From Candidatus Poribacteria bacterium (GTDB lineage: Bacteria; Poribacteria; WGA-4E; WGA-3G), in NCBI GenBank assembly GCA_965214045.1, contig OZ243935.1, positions 2,794,904-2,858,903 of the forward strand: 64,000 bases of DNA. Direction: 5' to 3'. The first letter of the stretch is position 1; each line of letters begins with the position of its first letter. The notes below the pieces were generated by a model. It made no database searches. It was not told the DNA's origin and saw only the letters and a program-made list of their open reading frames with translations. Made by a program: the position numbers and the translations under genes. Shown one piece after another: positions 10,391-18,540 of this stretch.

Positions 10391-10597
10391 TCATACGGCT
10401 AACAACAACGCCTCAAAATGTTCTTCAGGGACTGGTAGCTCATCTTCTTCAAGTGCAACAATATAGCCCTCAATTGCCTCTCGAATACTGCTGACCACCT
10501 GTTGTTTGGTTTCAGCTTGACTGATACAACCGGGCAAACTGGGACATTCAGCAATCCAATAGCCATCTTCACCCGGATAAATAACCACTTGTCTCAT
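10391..10597 (-). CDS. HicB-family antitoxin (UPF0150)
   Basis: 68 aa. MRQVVIYPGEDGYWIAECPSLPGCISQAETKQQVVSSIREAIEGYI matches the HicB N-domain pattern. No adjacent HicA ORF of >=60 aa. Confidence 0.6.
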   Translation of the reverse strand: MRQVVIYPGEDGYWIAECPSLPGCISQAETKQQVVSSIREAIEGYIVALEEDELPVPEEHFEALLLAV

Positions 10598-10672
10598 TGT
10601 TTACCTCCAATACAAAAATCTTGCTTAGAGATCAATATTATGAAAAAACTCAATCTCTATCTATGCTATGAG

Positions 10673-11692
10673 TTACGCAGGAATTTGAACGACTTCACCG
10701 GTTTCAATGCTACGGCTAATCGCTTCCAAAACGCGCATGTTCTGGTAGGAATCTTCGAGGCTGGCGTGCGGTTGTGTTCCCGCCTGTAGCGATGCTGCCC
10801 AGTGTTGCATCTCTTCAAGATAGCCGGGTCTACCGATGCCGTGATATGCGGTGTTGAGATCCCATTCTTCGGTCGGTGTATCCGCATAACCGCCCCCCGC
10901 GTCGAGCCATGTCGGCATACGGTAACGGCGCAATCTGCGCGTCTCCAACACTTGGATCGCCTGATTGCCGGTGCCTTTCGCGAAAACCATGGCTTCTAAA
11001 ACCGGACCAGTACCAAGCGTCATTGTGCCGATACCGCCGTTCTCGTAACGAAGGTTCACGGACATTGAAACCGTACTCGATCCGGCATCAATTGCGCCTG
11101 TGGCGTAGACTTCGCTGACCTGTCCCATAAAGAAACGCATGCAATCGGTCGGATGGATCACCTGATCAAGCATAAAGGACCACGCAAACGGGGATCCGGC
11201 TTCTTGAAGACGCGGACCCGGAGCGAGGTAGCGGGTATGGTATTGGCAGGCTTCACCGAACGCTGCTTCATCCATCAACTGTTTGGCAATCTGGTGCGCA
11301 GGAGCATGCCGCCACATTGTGCCTACCATCCCTGTTTTGCCGCTCTCAACTGACGCATCGACGAGCATCTTTGCACCCTCAGCAGTGGTCGCGGGTGGCT
11401 TTTCGGTGTAGATGTGATAGCCGCGCTGGAGGCACGCAATACCGATGTCCCGATGCAGTTTATCCTCCGGTCTACCGACGACAGCCACTGCGTAGAGATC
11501 TTCATTTTTGAACATCTCATTGTAATCGGTGTAGTGCCGGAGTGCTCCGAACCTTCGAGCGTTCGACGCTGCTTTCTCTTCCACGAGGTCACAGGTCGCA
11601 ACAAATTCAAACGCTGGCACCATCGGTATGCACTGTTGCAATTGCGATGACATGCCACCACAGCCAATAAAAGCAATTCGGATTTTGTCCAT
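10673..11692 (-). CDS. Gfo/Idh/MocA-family NAD(P)-dependent oxidoreductase
   Basis: 339 aa. N-terminal Rossmann IRIAFIGCGGMSS. Family-typical EKP motif (YTEKPPA). Confidence 0.65.
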   Translation of the reverse strand: MDKIRIAFIGCGGMSSQLQQCIPMVPAFEFVATCDLVEEKAASNARRFGALRHYTDYNEMFKNEDLYAVAVVGRPEDKLHRDIGIACLQRGYHIYTEKPPATTAEGAKMLVDASVESGKTGMVGTMWRHAPAHQIAKQLMDEAAFGEACQYHTRYLAPGPRLQEAGSPFAWSFMLDQVIHPTDCMRFFMGQVSEVYATGAIDAGSSTVSMSVNLRYENGGIGTMTLGTGPVLEAMVFAKGTGNQAIQVLETRRLRRYRMPTWLDAGGGYADTPTEEWDLNTAYHGIGRPGYLEEMQHWAASLQAGTQPHASLEDSYQNMRVLEAISRSIETGEVVQIPA

Positions 11693-11895
11693 AATGTATT
11701 CTCCAATTCGCTTGTAGGAGCGACTTCTTACTGTATCCTATAGGACTTACGCAGTTGACCCGTTTTCGGCAGTCTTTGGTTCGTAGTAGCGCAATTTTGC
11801 GGCGTACTCGCCCAAATGCGACGTGCATTATTGCGCTTTCTTCGGGAATATTCGCTCAATTTTGGCATGAGAGCCAATTTTGCGTAAGTCCTGTC

Positions 11896-12462
11896 CTATT
11901 CAAAAAGTTGTGCAACCCGACAGGAAAACCCCAGCACGACATCCTCACCCGTAAGCGTGTCGGCACCCGTAAACACCTTAATATCTGTTGTAGAACGATA
12001 CACTGTTACTGTTTTCATAACGGATTCAACGACCCATACCATTTGGGTTCCGGCATCCAAGTAGGCTTGGACCTTTTCAGTGACGCGCCACTGGACATCT
12101 GTTGGCGAGACGACTTCGACGGCAAGATCAGGTGGAATTGGGGAGCCCTTACTTTCATCTTCAGGCAGGCGCGCGGTTGAAATAAATGCAACATCGGGTT
12201 TCATCCCGCGTTCTCCCACTTTGAATCCTGCTTCTACAAACACATCACCCAACTGATTTTCGCTTACATAAGTAAATAGATAGTGCGTGATTCTGGCACT
12301 AATCTTAGCGTGTCCTAATGACGGAGACGACAGCGGTACTAATTCTCCTTTAACATATTCATACCCCTCTATATCGCGTGAGAGAAATTCTTCCACTGTC
12401 ATTGTGGTGTGTTCGGGCGGGTGCATTTCTTGCCCGGCTTCGGCAGCTTCTTGTAAATCCAT
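11896..12462 (-). CDS. Uma2-family (DUF820) endonuclease
   Basis: 188 aa. MTVEEFL...YEYVKGELVPLSSPSLGHAKISARI...PDLAVEVVSPTD pattern characteristic of Uma2. Confidence 0.7.
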   Translation of the reverse strand: MDLQEAAEAGQEMHPPEHTTMTVEEFLSRDIEGYEYVKGELVPLSSPSLGHAKISARITHYLFTYVSENQLGDVFVEAGFKVGERGMKPDVAFISTARLPEDESKGSPIPPDLAVEVVSPTDVQWRVTEKVQAYLDAGTQMVWVVESVMKTVTVYRSTTDIKVFTGADTLTGEDVVLGFSCRVAQLFE

Positions 12463-12482
12463 TTTTCGTTCCTCCTTGCAAA

Positions 12483-13202
12483 CTATGCTATTCCTAATAT
12501 ATCTGCTAACTCATTAAAATCACTGGCGACGAGGTCCGACGGATGTGCATTTACGCCTTGAACTCTACCGGGTCCGTACTCCAGAGGACGCGGCACCAAC
12601 GCTGTTTGAAAACCAACGGCTTGCGAGGCTCGAAGATCATCAGGATGTGCGGCGACCATCATAACTTCGTTCGGAGACAAACCGAGCAGCGCGGCAGCAG
12701 TTTGGTAGACTTCGGGGTCAGGCTTGTAATGCCCCGTTAACTCAGCAGACAGGATGCAATCCCACGGTAGACCCCCAAATTTTGCCATATTGGTTAGCAA
12801 GGCAACGTTGCCGTTAGAGAGGGTCGCAACAATATATCGCTTACGGAGTCGTGTCAACCCGCTGACTGCATCGGGCCACGGTTTCAGTCGATGCCAAACC
12901 CGATTCAGATAGTCTTTATCCGCTTCGCTCAAACCTACAATGTTAAATTCATCAAGGAGGCTATCCAAAATGAGTCGATGCAGTGCGTCAATGTTCTGCC
13001 ACGGCAATTCACCGCGCCGAACTCTGTTCATCGCGGGACCGTAACCGGCGCGCCATTTCAAGGCGAATTGCGACCAATCAATGTCAATACCATGGGTGCC
13101 CCCGAATTCTTCGCCTTCGGCAACAATTGAGCTATACCAATCTACGACCGTGCCGAAGACATCAAAGGTGAGTGCTTTGACTTGAGTACGTGCGTTTTCC
13201 AT
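12483..13202 (-). CDS. HAD-superfamily hydrolase, type II (haloacid dehalogenase-like)
   Basis: 239 aa. HAD motif I LTFDVFGTVVDW. Downstream motifs present. Confidence 0.6.
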   Translation of the reverse strand: MENARTQVKALTFDVFGTVVDWYSSIVAEGEEFGGTHGIDIDWSQFALKWRAGYGPAMNRVRRGELPWQNIDALHRLILDSLLDEFNIVGLSEADKDYLNRVWHRLKPWPDAVSGLTRLRKRYIVATLSNGNVALLTNMAKFGGLPWDCILSAELTGHYKPDPEVYQTAAALLGLSPNEVMMVAAHPDDLRASQAVGFQTALVPRPLEYGPGRVQGVNAHPSDLVASDFNELADILGIA

Positions 13203-13314
13203 TGTGTTACGCCCCTTTCTGTTATCTGAGATTTGCCAAGAAGGGAGGGGCTATTTCTTTTCCATCTGAATTCACATCATACATCAATCCGCCTCAATTG
13301 TCTATTGAATTATT

Positions 13315-13704
13315 TCACATAAACGGGTTGTGTGCGACTTCCCAATAGAAACCGTCAGGGTCCTTGAAATAGCCTGAGTAGCCACCCCAAAACGCTTCTT
13401 GTCCGGGCTTAACAAGCTCAGCACCCGCCGCGACCGCCTCTGCTAAGGTCATATCTACCTCCTCTGGAGAGGCAACGTTATGTGCAAGTGTAAACCCTTG
13501 AAAGCCTGTGCCCTCAGGCGCGATTGTAATGTCTTCAGCCAGTTCGTTTCTCGGATAGAGCGCGAGCATCGTTCCACCCATTTCAAAAAACGCGATGCTC
13601 TCCGATTCGTCTTTTCGGGGTAATCCTAATCCCTTTTGGTAGAAATCAATGGAGCGTTCCAAGTCTTCAACACCAAGTGTAATAATAGTAATATGTGGTT
13701 TCAT
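13315..13704 (-). CDS. VOC / glyoxalase-family protein
   Basis: 129 aa. ITLGVEDLERSIDFYQKGLGL typical of the VOC beta-alpha-beta-beta-beta module. Confidence 0.55.
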   Translation of the reverse strand: MKPHITIITLGVEDLERSIDFYQKGLGLPRKDESESIAFFEMGGTMLALYPRNELAEDITIAPEGTGFQGFTLAHNVASPEEVDMTLAEAVAAGAELVKPGQEAFWGGYSGYFKDPDGFYWEVAHNPFM

Positions 13705-13803
13705 CTCAATTTCCTTTGCGGGTTTTCCAATGTATGTTGTTATTCTTCAAAACGGAATATTGCGTTGGAGGTGAGGGGCGGCACTTTCATGGGTACTCCT
13801 CTA

Positions 13804-13842
13804 AAAAAAGCACCCTGGCGTGAAATCGGACGCCAGAGTGCT
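13804..13842 (-). terminator. Rho-independent terminator downstream of the ECF sigma gene
   Basis: On the minus strand: GC-rich hairpin AGCACTCTGGCGT-ccgatttc-ACGCCAGGGTGCT followed by TTTTTTT. Confidence 0.5.
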
Positions 13843-13878
13843 AAAAGGGTTTATATTTAAAACCTAAGAACCTATATA

Positions 13879-14469
13879 TCATAAGCGGGTCCTGTAGGGT
13901 GCCAAAAATTTCCGGAGTTGTCGAATCGCAGCGTTTTTACGTGAGGCAACAGTGCCAATCGGACATTGAACGATCTCGGCAACTTCCTGATAAGACAATC
14001 CTTGAACTTCTGTTAGCCGAAACACTAATTGGTGTTCTTGCGACAGTTTGTTGATTGCCGCCTGAATTGCCTCGTAAGTCTCCTTGGCGATAAGCAACGC
14101 CTCTGGAGAGTAGTTGCTGTCTGCGATAGCAACCGCAATGGGGTGAGAGTTTTCATCTTCATCGCTATAGGGTGCATCCAAAGATTCGATCTGCGGTGTT
14201 CTCTGATCCTTCGCCAACTGCTTCAAACATACGTTCTTGGCGATGTGATAAAGGAACGTTCTAAATTTCGCAATAGGGCGATACGTTGGCACACAACGCC
14301 ATACCCTTAGAAACGTCTCTTGACAAAGGTCTTCCGCAACCGTCCGGTTTTTGACAAATCGATAGATAAAATTTAAAGTGTTTGTATAGTGTCGCTCGGT
14401 TAAAATTCGGAATGCATCTCTGTTCCCGTCCTGCACAGAGAGCATCAACTGTTCGTCAGTGTGTAACAT
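13879..14469 (-). CDS. ECF-subfamily sigma-70 factor
   Basis: 196 aa. Region 2 (FLRVWRCVPTY) and region 4 HTH (LSYQEVAEIVQCPIGTVASRKNAAIRQLRK). Confidence 0.75.
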   Translation of the reverse strand: MLHTDEQLMLSVQDGNRDAFRILTERHYTNTLNFIYRFVKNRTVAEDLCQETFLRVWRCVPTYRPIAKFRTFLYHIAKNVCLKQLAKDQRTPQIESLDAPYSDEDENSHPIAVAIADSNYSPEALLIAKETYEAIQAAINKLSQEHQLVFRLTEVQGLSYQEVAEIVQCPIGTVASRKNAAIRQLRKFLAPYRTRL

Positions 14470-14939
14470 GCTTGTCTCCTCAAAAGAGGAGCGTAATCAA
14501 GCGAAGGCGCGTAACCCTCCTTCCATCCCGTAATGGAAGATGCCTGCTTGTTCACTCCTCGGTCTGTGCCTTCTCCATAAATAAATCTTGGTCCAACAAC
14601 GGAACACGTTGGCAATTTTAGATGCCCGTGTCTTCAACGAGGTCCGGTCTCCCGAAGTACAATCTCGCTCATTTCCTCCGGTTCCATTGTTCCAAATTCT
14701 GCTGCTAATCGCCCAAGCGTGAGGCATTGCCTCTGTTAAATACGAAACATACTGACGCATTCTGAAACTCCTTTCTAAGTTTATTCGTCAGGCAGGGACA
14801 GCGTTCGATGCCCCTTTTTCGGTCAATTAAAAAAGATCGTCTATAGGTTAACCCGTATATTCTGAAACAATTCATTTAAAATTCAAAAAATATTTTTCGC
14901 CTTTAATCTCGATTTTCCAAAACATGCAAAGATATTCCG

Positions 14940-16070
14940 TTAAACCCGTGTTGGCTGAAATGGTTCTAAGGGCAATGATGGCTGTCCTGTGGTGATGAGT
15001 TCAGCAATAAGTTGTCCTGTAATCGGGGCAAGGAGAATACCATTTTTGAAATGACCCGATGCCAAAACGACGTTGTCATACCCGGGCAGATACCCAAGAA
15101 GCGGTCCCTTTTTGGCGTAAGGACGTAGACCGACCCATGTTTGCACAAAAGTGCTATCGGCAAGTTGGGGCGCGATGGCGATTCCTGCGTCAATCATCTG
15201 TTTGGCACCGTCCACGGTTGCGGTCTTGTCATAGCCGACAAATTCGACCGTCGCCCCGAGTAAGATTTTACCGTCCGCTCTCGGTACAATGTAGATACCA
15301 AGTCCATCAATGGTTCGCTCGAAAAGTGGGGGCATCGCTTCAACGAGGACGATCTGTCCTTTCGCAGGTTCAACGTGAATCGGAACATCGAGTTGAGCCG
15401 TAAGCGTCCCTGTCCAGCATCCGGCAGCAATTATGAACGTGTCGGCGTAATAGGTTTCACCGTTCACAACGACACCTACGACGTGTTCCGCACCGTCCTC
15501 CCTCATTCGGATAAAATCGGTGACAGGATTGCCTACTTGGAATTTCGCACCCAGTTTCGCTGCAGCCTTGGCGAGTGCAGTCACCATCTTCGGATTACGG
15601 ACTTGTGCATCTTCAGGGAACAGAACGCCACCCGCGATAGATTTTGAGAGGGCAGGCTCCAATTCCCATGCTTGTTCTGCTGTTAGAACTTCCGCTGAGA
15701 AGCCGCGCTTCACACGCCGGTCCGCAAGACCTATTAATCCTGCCGCTTCAGCTGAATCGAAGAATACCGACAGCGTTCCAGATTGGATCAACTCAATATC
15801 TATCTGGGTCTCTACTCGGAGTTCTTCCGCCAACGCTGGATAAAGTGCAAGGCTCGAACGGCATAGGATTGGATACGGCTCATGTGTTGAGGCGTGTGAG
15901 GTTAAAATTCCCGCACCCGCCCATGAGGCTTCTGTACCAACAGCGGATGCTTTATCGATCACCAACGATTTTACGTTTCGTTTGGCGAGATCGTAAGCAA
16001 TATTACACCCGATAATGCCCGCACCGATAATGATGACATCGGCATGATTTTGGCTCAAGGTATCCTCCAT
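14940..16070 (-). CDS. FAD-dependent oxidoreductase (glycine oxidase ThiO / D-amino-acid-oxidase-like)
   Basis: 376 aa. N-terminal dinucleotide motif DVIIIGAGIIGCNIAYDLAK. DAO-family length and C-terminal pattern. Confidence 0.6.
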   Translation of the reverse strand: MEDTLSQNHADVIIIGAGIIGCNIAYDLAKRNVKSLVIDKASAVGTEASWAGAGILTSHASTHEPYPILCRSSLALYPALAEELRVETQIDIELIQSGTLSVFFDSAEAAGLIGLADRRVKRGFSAEVLTAEQAWELEPALSKSIAGGVLFPEDAQVRNPKMVTALAKAAAKLGAKFQVGNPVTDFIRMREDGAEHVVGVVVNGETYYADTFIIAAGCWTGTLTAQLDVPIHVEPAKGQIVLVEAMPPLFERTIDGLGIYIVPRADGKILLGATVEFVGYDKTATVDGAKQMIDAGIAIAPQLADSTFVQTWVGLRPYAKKGPLLGYLPGYDNVVLASGHFKNGILLAPITGQLIAELITTGQPSLPLEPFQPTRV

Positions 16071-16289
16071 TTTGCCAGAGAATCAAACAACAACCCTTCA
16101 AAAAGAAAACGCCGACACCCACGAAATCCGAGACGCACTCATTACCGCTATTGAAAAACTTCAAACACTTCAAGACACACAGCACACAGTTCACAGAGGC
16201 ACTCGTTTATTTCCTACAACTCATTCTTCAAGGGAATCCATGTTTCGGGATTGAACGGGTTCGGGAAGTTGGCAAACAACTGCGTCTTT

Positions 16290-17432
16290 TCAATCTCTTT
16301 GAGGATGCGTTAGAAGATGCGAATGAATATCCTCAAGGCTTTCCGCGGTGAGGCTCTTTTCAAAGAGGGCATCGAGCACGTCAGTGTTCTCGATGGCGGA
16401 AATCTCGATGCGTATCGCTTCGGGAACGTTCTGAAACTGGTGTTGTAGGAACTTCAGGAGTGCCGCCTGTTTGGCGCGGGTTTCCCCTTGTTCGATGCCT
16501 TGTTCGATGCCTTGTTGAAGTCCGCGTTGTTCGCTGAGCTCTATAATGGATTCAGCCATGTCTACAATCTCCCTATTTTGCGTATGCGCTTGGGTGAGGA
16601 TATCGAGTAAGTCTTGGTGTTCACCAGCACTTCTGCGGTGGAGGATGAAGAGAAAGAGATACAAGATCGCCCGTGTATACTGATCCGGCGTGTTCGCCTG
16701 CAAGTCGGCAAGCCCTCGTAACGCCTCAAGGAGTGCGGCTCGCATGACAGATGGATCGGAGTTCTCGTGCTTCAGGACAGCCAAAAGCCACCCCAAGGGG
16801 TCCCCCGTTTGGGTCAACGCGTCGGGGTGCGTGGCTTTGACATCAAGCAGCAATGTGTCGAAAGTGGGGACGAACCGATTCAGCACTTCAGGGATGTCCA
16901 TGACAGCGGTCAAAGAGATCGGGACGTTCCATTCTCCTGTCCCGGTGTAAAAGACGATCGGCAAGATCGGGGTCAACTGCCACTCCGTCTGTGGTTGCGA
17001 TGCCGCTATCCACTGCCGGCGCTCCTCCATCCATATCTGCGTCATGTAAGACAGCACCCGCAAGCCCATGGACGGGTCCACGGTGGATTGGTGCTCTATC
17101 AGCAGGTAGATGATCACTTCCGGATGCGTCTGCCTCGGCGACCGAAACGGCACGCTGAAGACCATATCGGATTCTTGGGTCCGCAGTTCATCGGAGATGA
17201 AACTCCGGTTGAGTTGCTCGACCCGCGCAAAGTCAAGTGCCTCGGCGACATCACCGGCAACCATTTTCAGCAACGCTTCGAGATGTTCGCGCTGCCGGAG
17301 CAACCATTTCGCACTTCTATCCGGGAAGTGGTGGCTCGACATCTCCGACAACTCCCGAAGGTCTCGTTCTCTGAACATTTCTTCGCCTCTTCTGAAACGG
17401 ATACACCCTGACACGGGGCGCACGCTTCTCAC
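16290..17432 (-). CDS. Rpn-family recombination-promoting nuclease / putative transposase (PD-(D/E)XK, C-terminal DUF4351)
   Basis: 380 aa. DMVFSVPF...EVIIYLLIEHQSTVDPSMGLRVLSYMTQIW core. C-terminal QQGIEQGIEQGETRAKQAALLKFL repeat typical of DUF4351. Confidence 0.65.
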   Translation of the reverse strand: MRSVRPVSGCIRFRRGEEMFRERDLRELSEMSSHHFPDRSAKWLLRQREHLEALLKMVAGDVAEALDFARVEQLNRSFISDELRTQESDMVFSVPFRSPRQTHPEVIIYLLIEHQSTVDPSMGLRVLSYMTQIWMEERRQWIAASQPQTEWQLTPILPIVFYTGTGEWNVPISLTAVMDIPEVLNRFVPTFDTLLLDVKATHPDALTQTGDPLGWLLAVLKHENSDPSVMRAALLEALRGLADLQANTPDQYTRAILYLFLFILHRRSAGEHQDLLDILTQAHTQNREIVDMAESIIELSEQRGLQQGIEQGIEQGETRAKQAALLKFLQHQFQNVPEAIRIEISAIENTDVLDALFEKSLTAESLEDIHSHLLTHPQRD

Positions 17433-17570
17433 TTATATCGTATAATCTAACACACTTCAAGAACCCTTGTCAAGAAAAATCCCACTGTCTGAATCAGGAT
17501 TTACAGGATAAGAGGCGTTAGGGAAGATAGGAAGTGGGGAGTTGTCTGAGTAAACGAACGATCGGGTACC

Positions 17571-18359
17571 TTATTCCCCTTTCGCTTCGGATACCTTCTT
17601 CGCACGATACCGTTTCTTCTCATAATCCGGGTGCTTCTTGCGCCATTCCCGCATATACGCAGCCTTGCGGTGTCTGTAGTTCGGATTCTCTTTTTTCCAG
17701 GCGTTCCAGCGTTCTTTCTGTTGCTCTCGGTATGCCGGGTCTCCAGCATACTTCTTCCGGCGTGCGGCTTTGCGGGCTTCAGCGTATGCCGGGTCATTGG
17801 CATACCGCTCTTTGTCGTAATCGGGGTTCTTCGCGCGCCACGCCTGCTGTCGCTGTTTCTGTTTCGCTTTATACGCAGGATCGTTTTTACGGCGTTTCCG
17901 CTGGTATTCGCGTTCGTATGCCCGCTGCTTCTCCGTGCGACCTGTGCGTTTCTGCCTGCGTTTCATGGCGCGCTTCTCTGAAGACCTGCGTTGATACTCG
18001 CGTTCCTGTTCACGACGGACAGGATCGTTCTGAAATAGTTCTTTGAAGGTGTCGAGGGTCGGCGGTTTTGAGAGGCACGCCGTCTTGACCCACTGATAGA
18101 CAGCATCGGTGAGATACACCCATGCCCTGCGTCCATCAACCCGTGGAAATGTTTCAAGGTGTTGCTGATAGGCGGTGCGAGCGGCGGCTTCTGTGCTGAA
18201 GGTTTCAATGCCGAGGAGTTCGATCTCCTGATGGGTCACGGACTTCGCGGCTTTGATACGTGCGTAAAACGTGCGAGCCGTGCTCACACCGAGTTTACAG
18301 GCAGTGTCGTCTTGATACCGCCATGCATAGACGAAATGTTGGTGAGGGGATAAATCCAT
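17571..18359 (-). CDS. Hypothetical protein: N-terminal T5orf172 / GIY-YIG-like domain plus C-terminal K/R/E-rich periodic repeats ((N/G)DPAY, NPDY, NPNY, HPDY)
   Basis: The track ORF (17571..18539) begins at a TTG 1 nt from the upstream stop. A more plausible start is the internal Met at MDLSPHQHFVYAWRY (~18359). FVYAW...CKLGVST...EIELLGIE resembles T5orf172. Confidence 0.35.
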   Translation of the reverse strand: MDLSPHQHFVYAWRYQDDTACKLGVSTARTFYARIKAAKSVTHQEIELLGIETFSTEAAARTAYQQHLETFPRVDGRRAWVYLTDAVYQWVKTACLSKPPTLDTFKELFQNDPVRREQEREYQRRSSEKRAMKRRQKRTGRTEKQRAYEREYQRKRRKNDPAYKAKQKQRQQAWRAKNPDYDKERYANDPAYAEARKAARRKKYAGDPAYREQQKERWNAWKKENPNYRHRKAAYMREWRKKHPDYEKKRYRAKKVSEAKGE

Positions 18360-18382
18360 GGAGGTATCGGTAGAAGGTAAGG

Positions 18383-18412
18383 AAAGGCGCGGTTTCAGAC
18401 CGCGCCTTTTCC
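18383..18412 (-). terminator. Palindromic GC hairpin (AAGGCGCGGT-ttcag-ACCGCGCCTT) with flanking T-runs; probable terminator of the giant surface-protein gene
   Basis: Perfect 10-bp stem located 130 bp downstream of the 18541..22257 stop. T-rich on both sides. Confidence 0.4.
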
Positions 18413-18511
18413 AAAGCGTTTCGTAGGGGTTGGGTTTCCCAACCCGTGTGATTGTGGGAGCGAGGGATACCCCGCGACTCCCACTCCTGCAAATCTCTAA
18501 ATCCTGTAAAT

Positions 18512-18539
18512 CTGCTGATTGCCGACTGCTGACAGCCAA
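18512..18539. repeat. Heptamer tandem repeat (CTGCTGA/TTGCCGA/CTGCTGA/CAGCCAA)
   Basis: Member of the CTGACTG-type 7-mer repeat family seen at 46573, 50513, 51523, 55476 and 60531. Confidence 0.5.
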
Positions 18540-18540
18540 T

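Noticed and set aside
14497-14760. 87-aa ORF upstream of the ECF sigma gene as a possible anti-sigma factor
   Set aside because: It lies upstream rather than downstream/co-transcribed. There is no TM segment or zinc-finger anti-sigma motif. A terminator directly follows the sigma gene instead.
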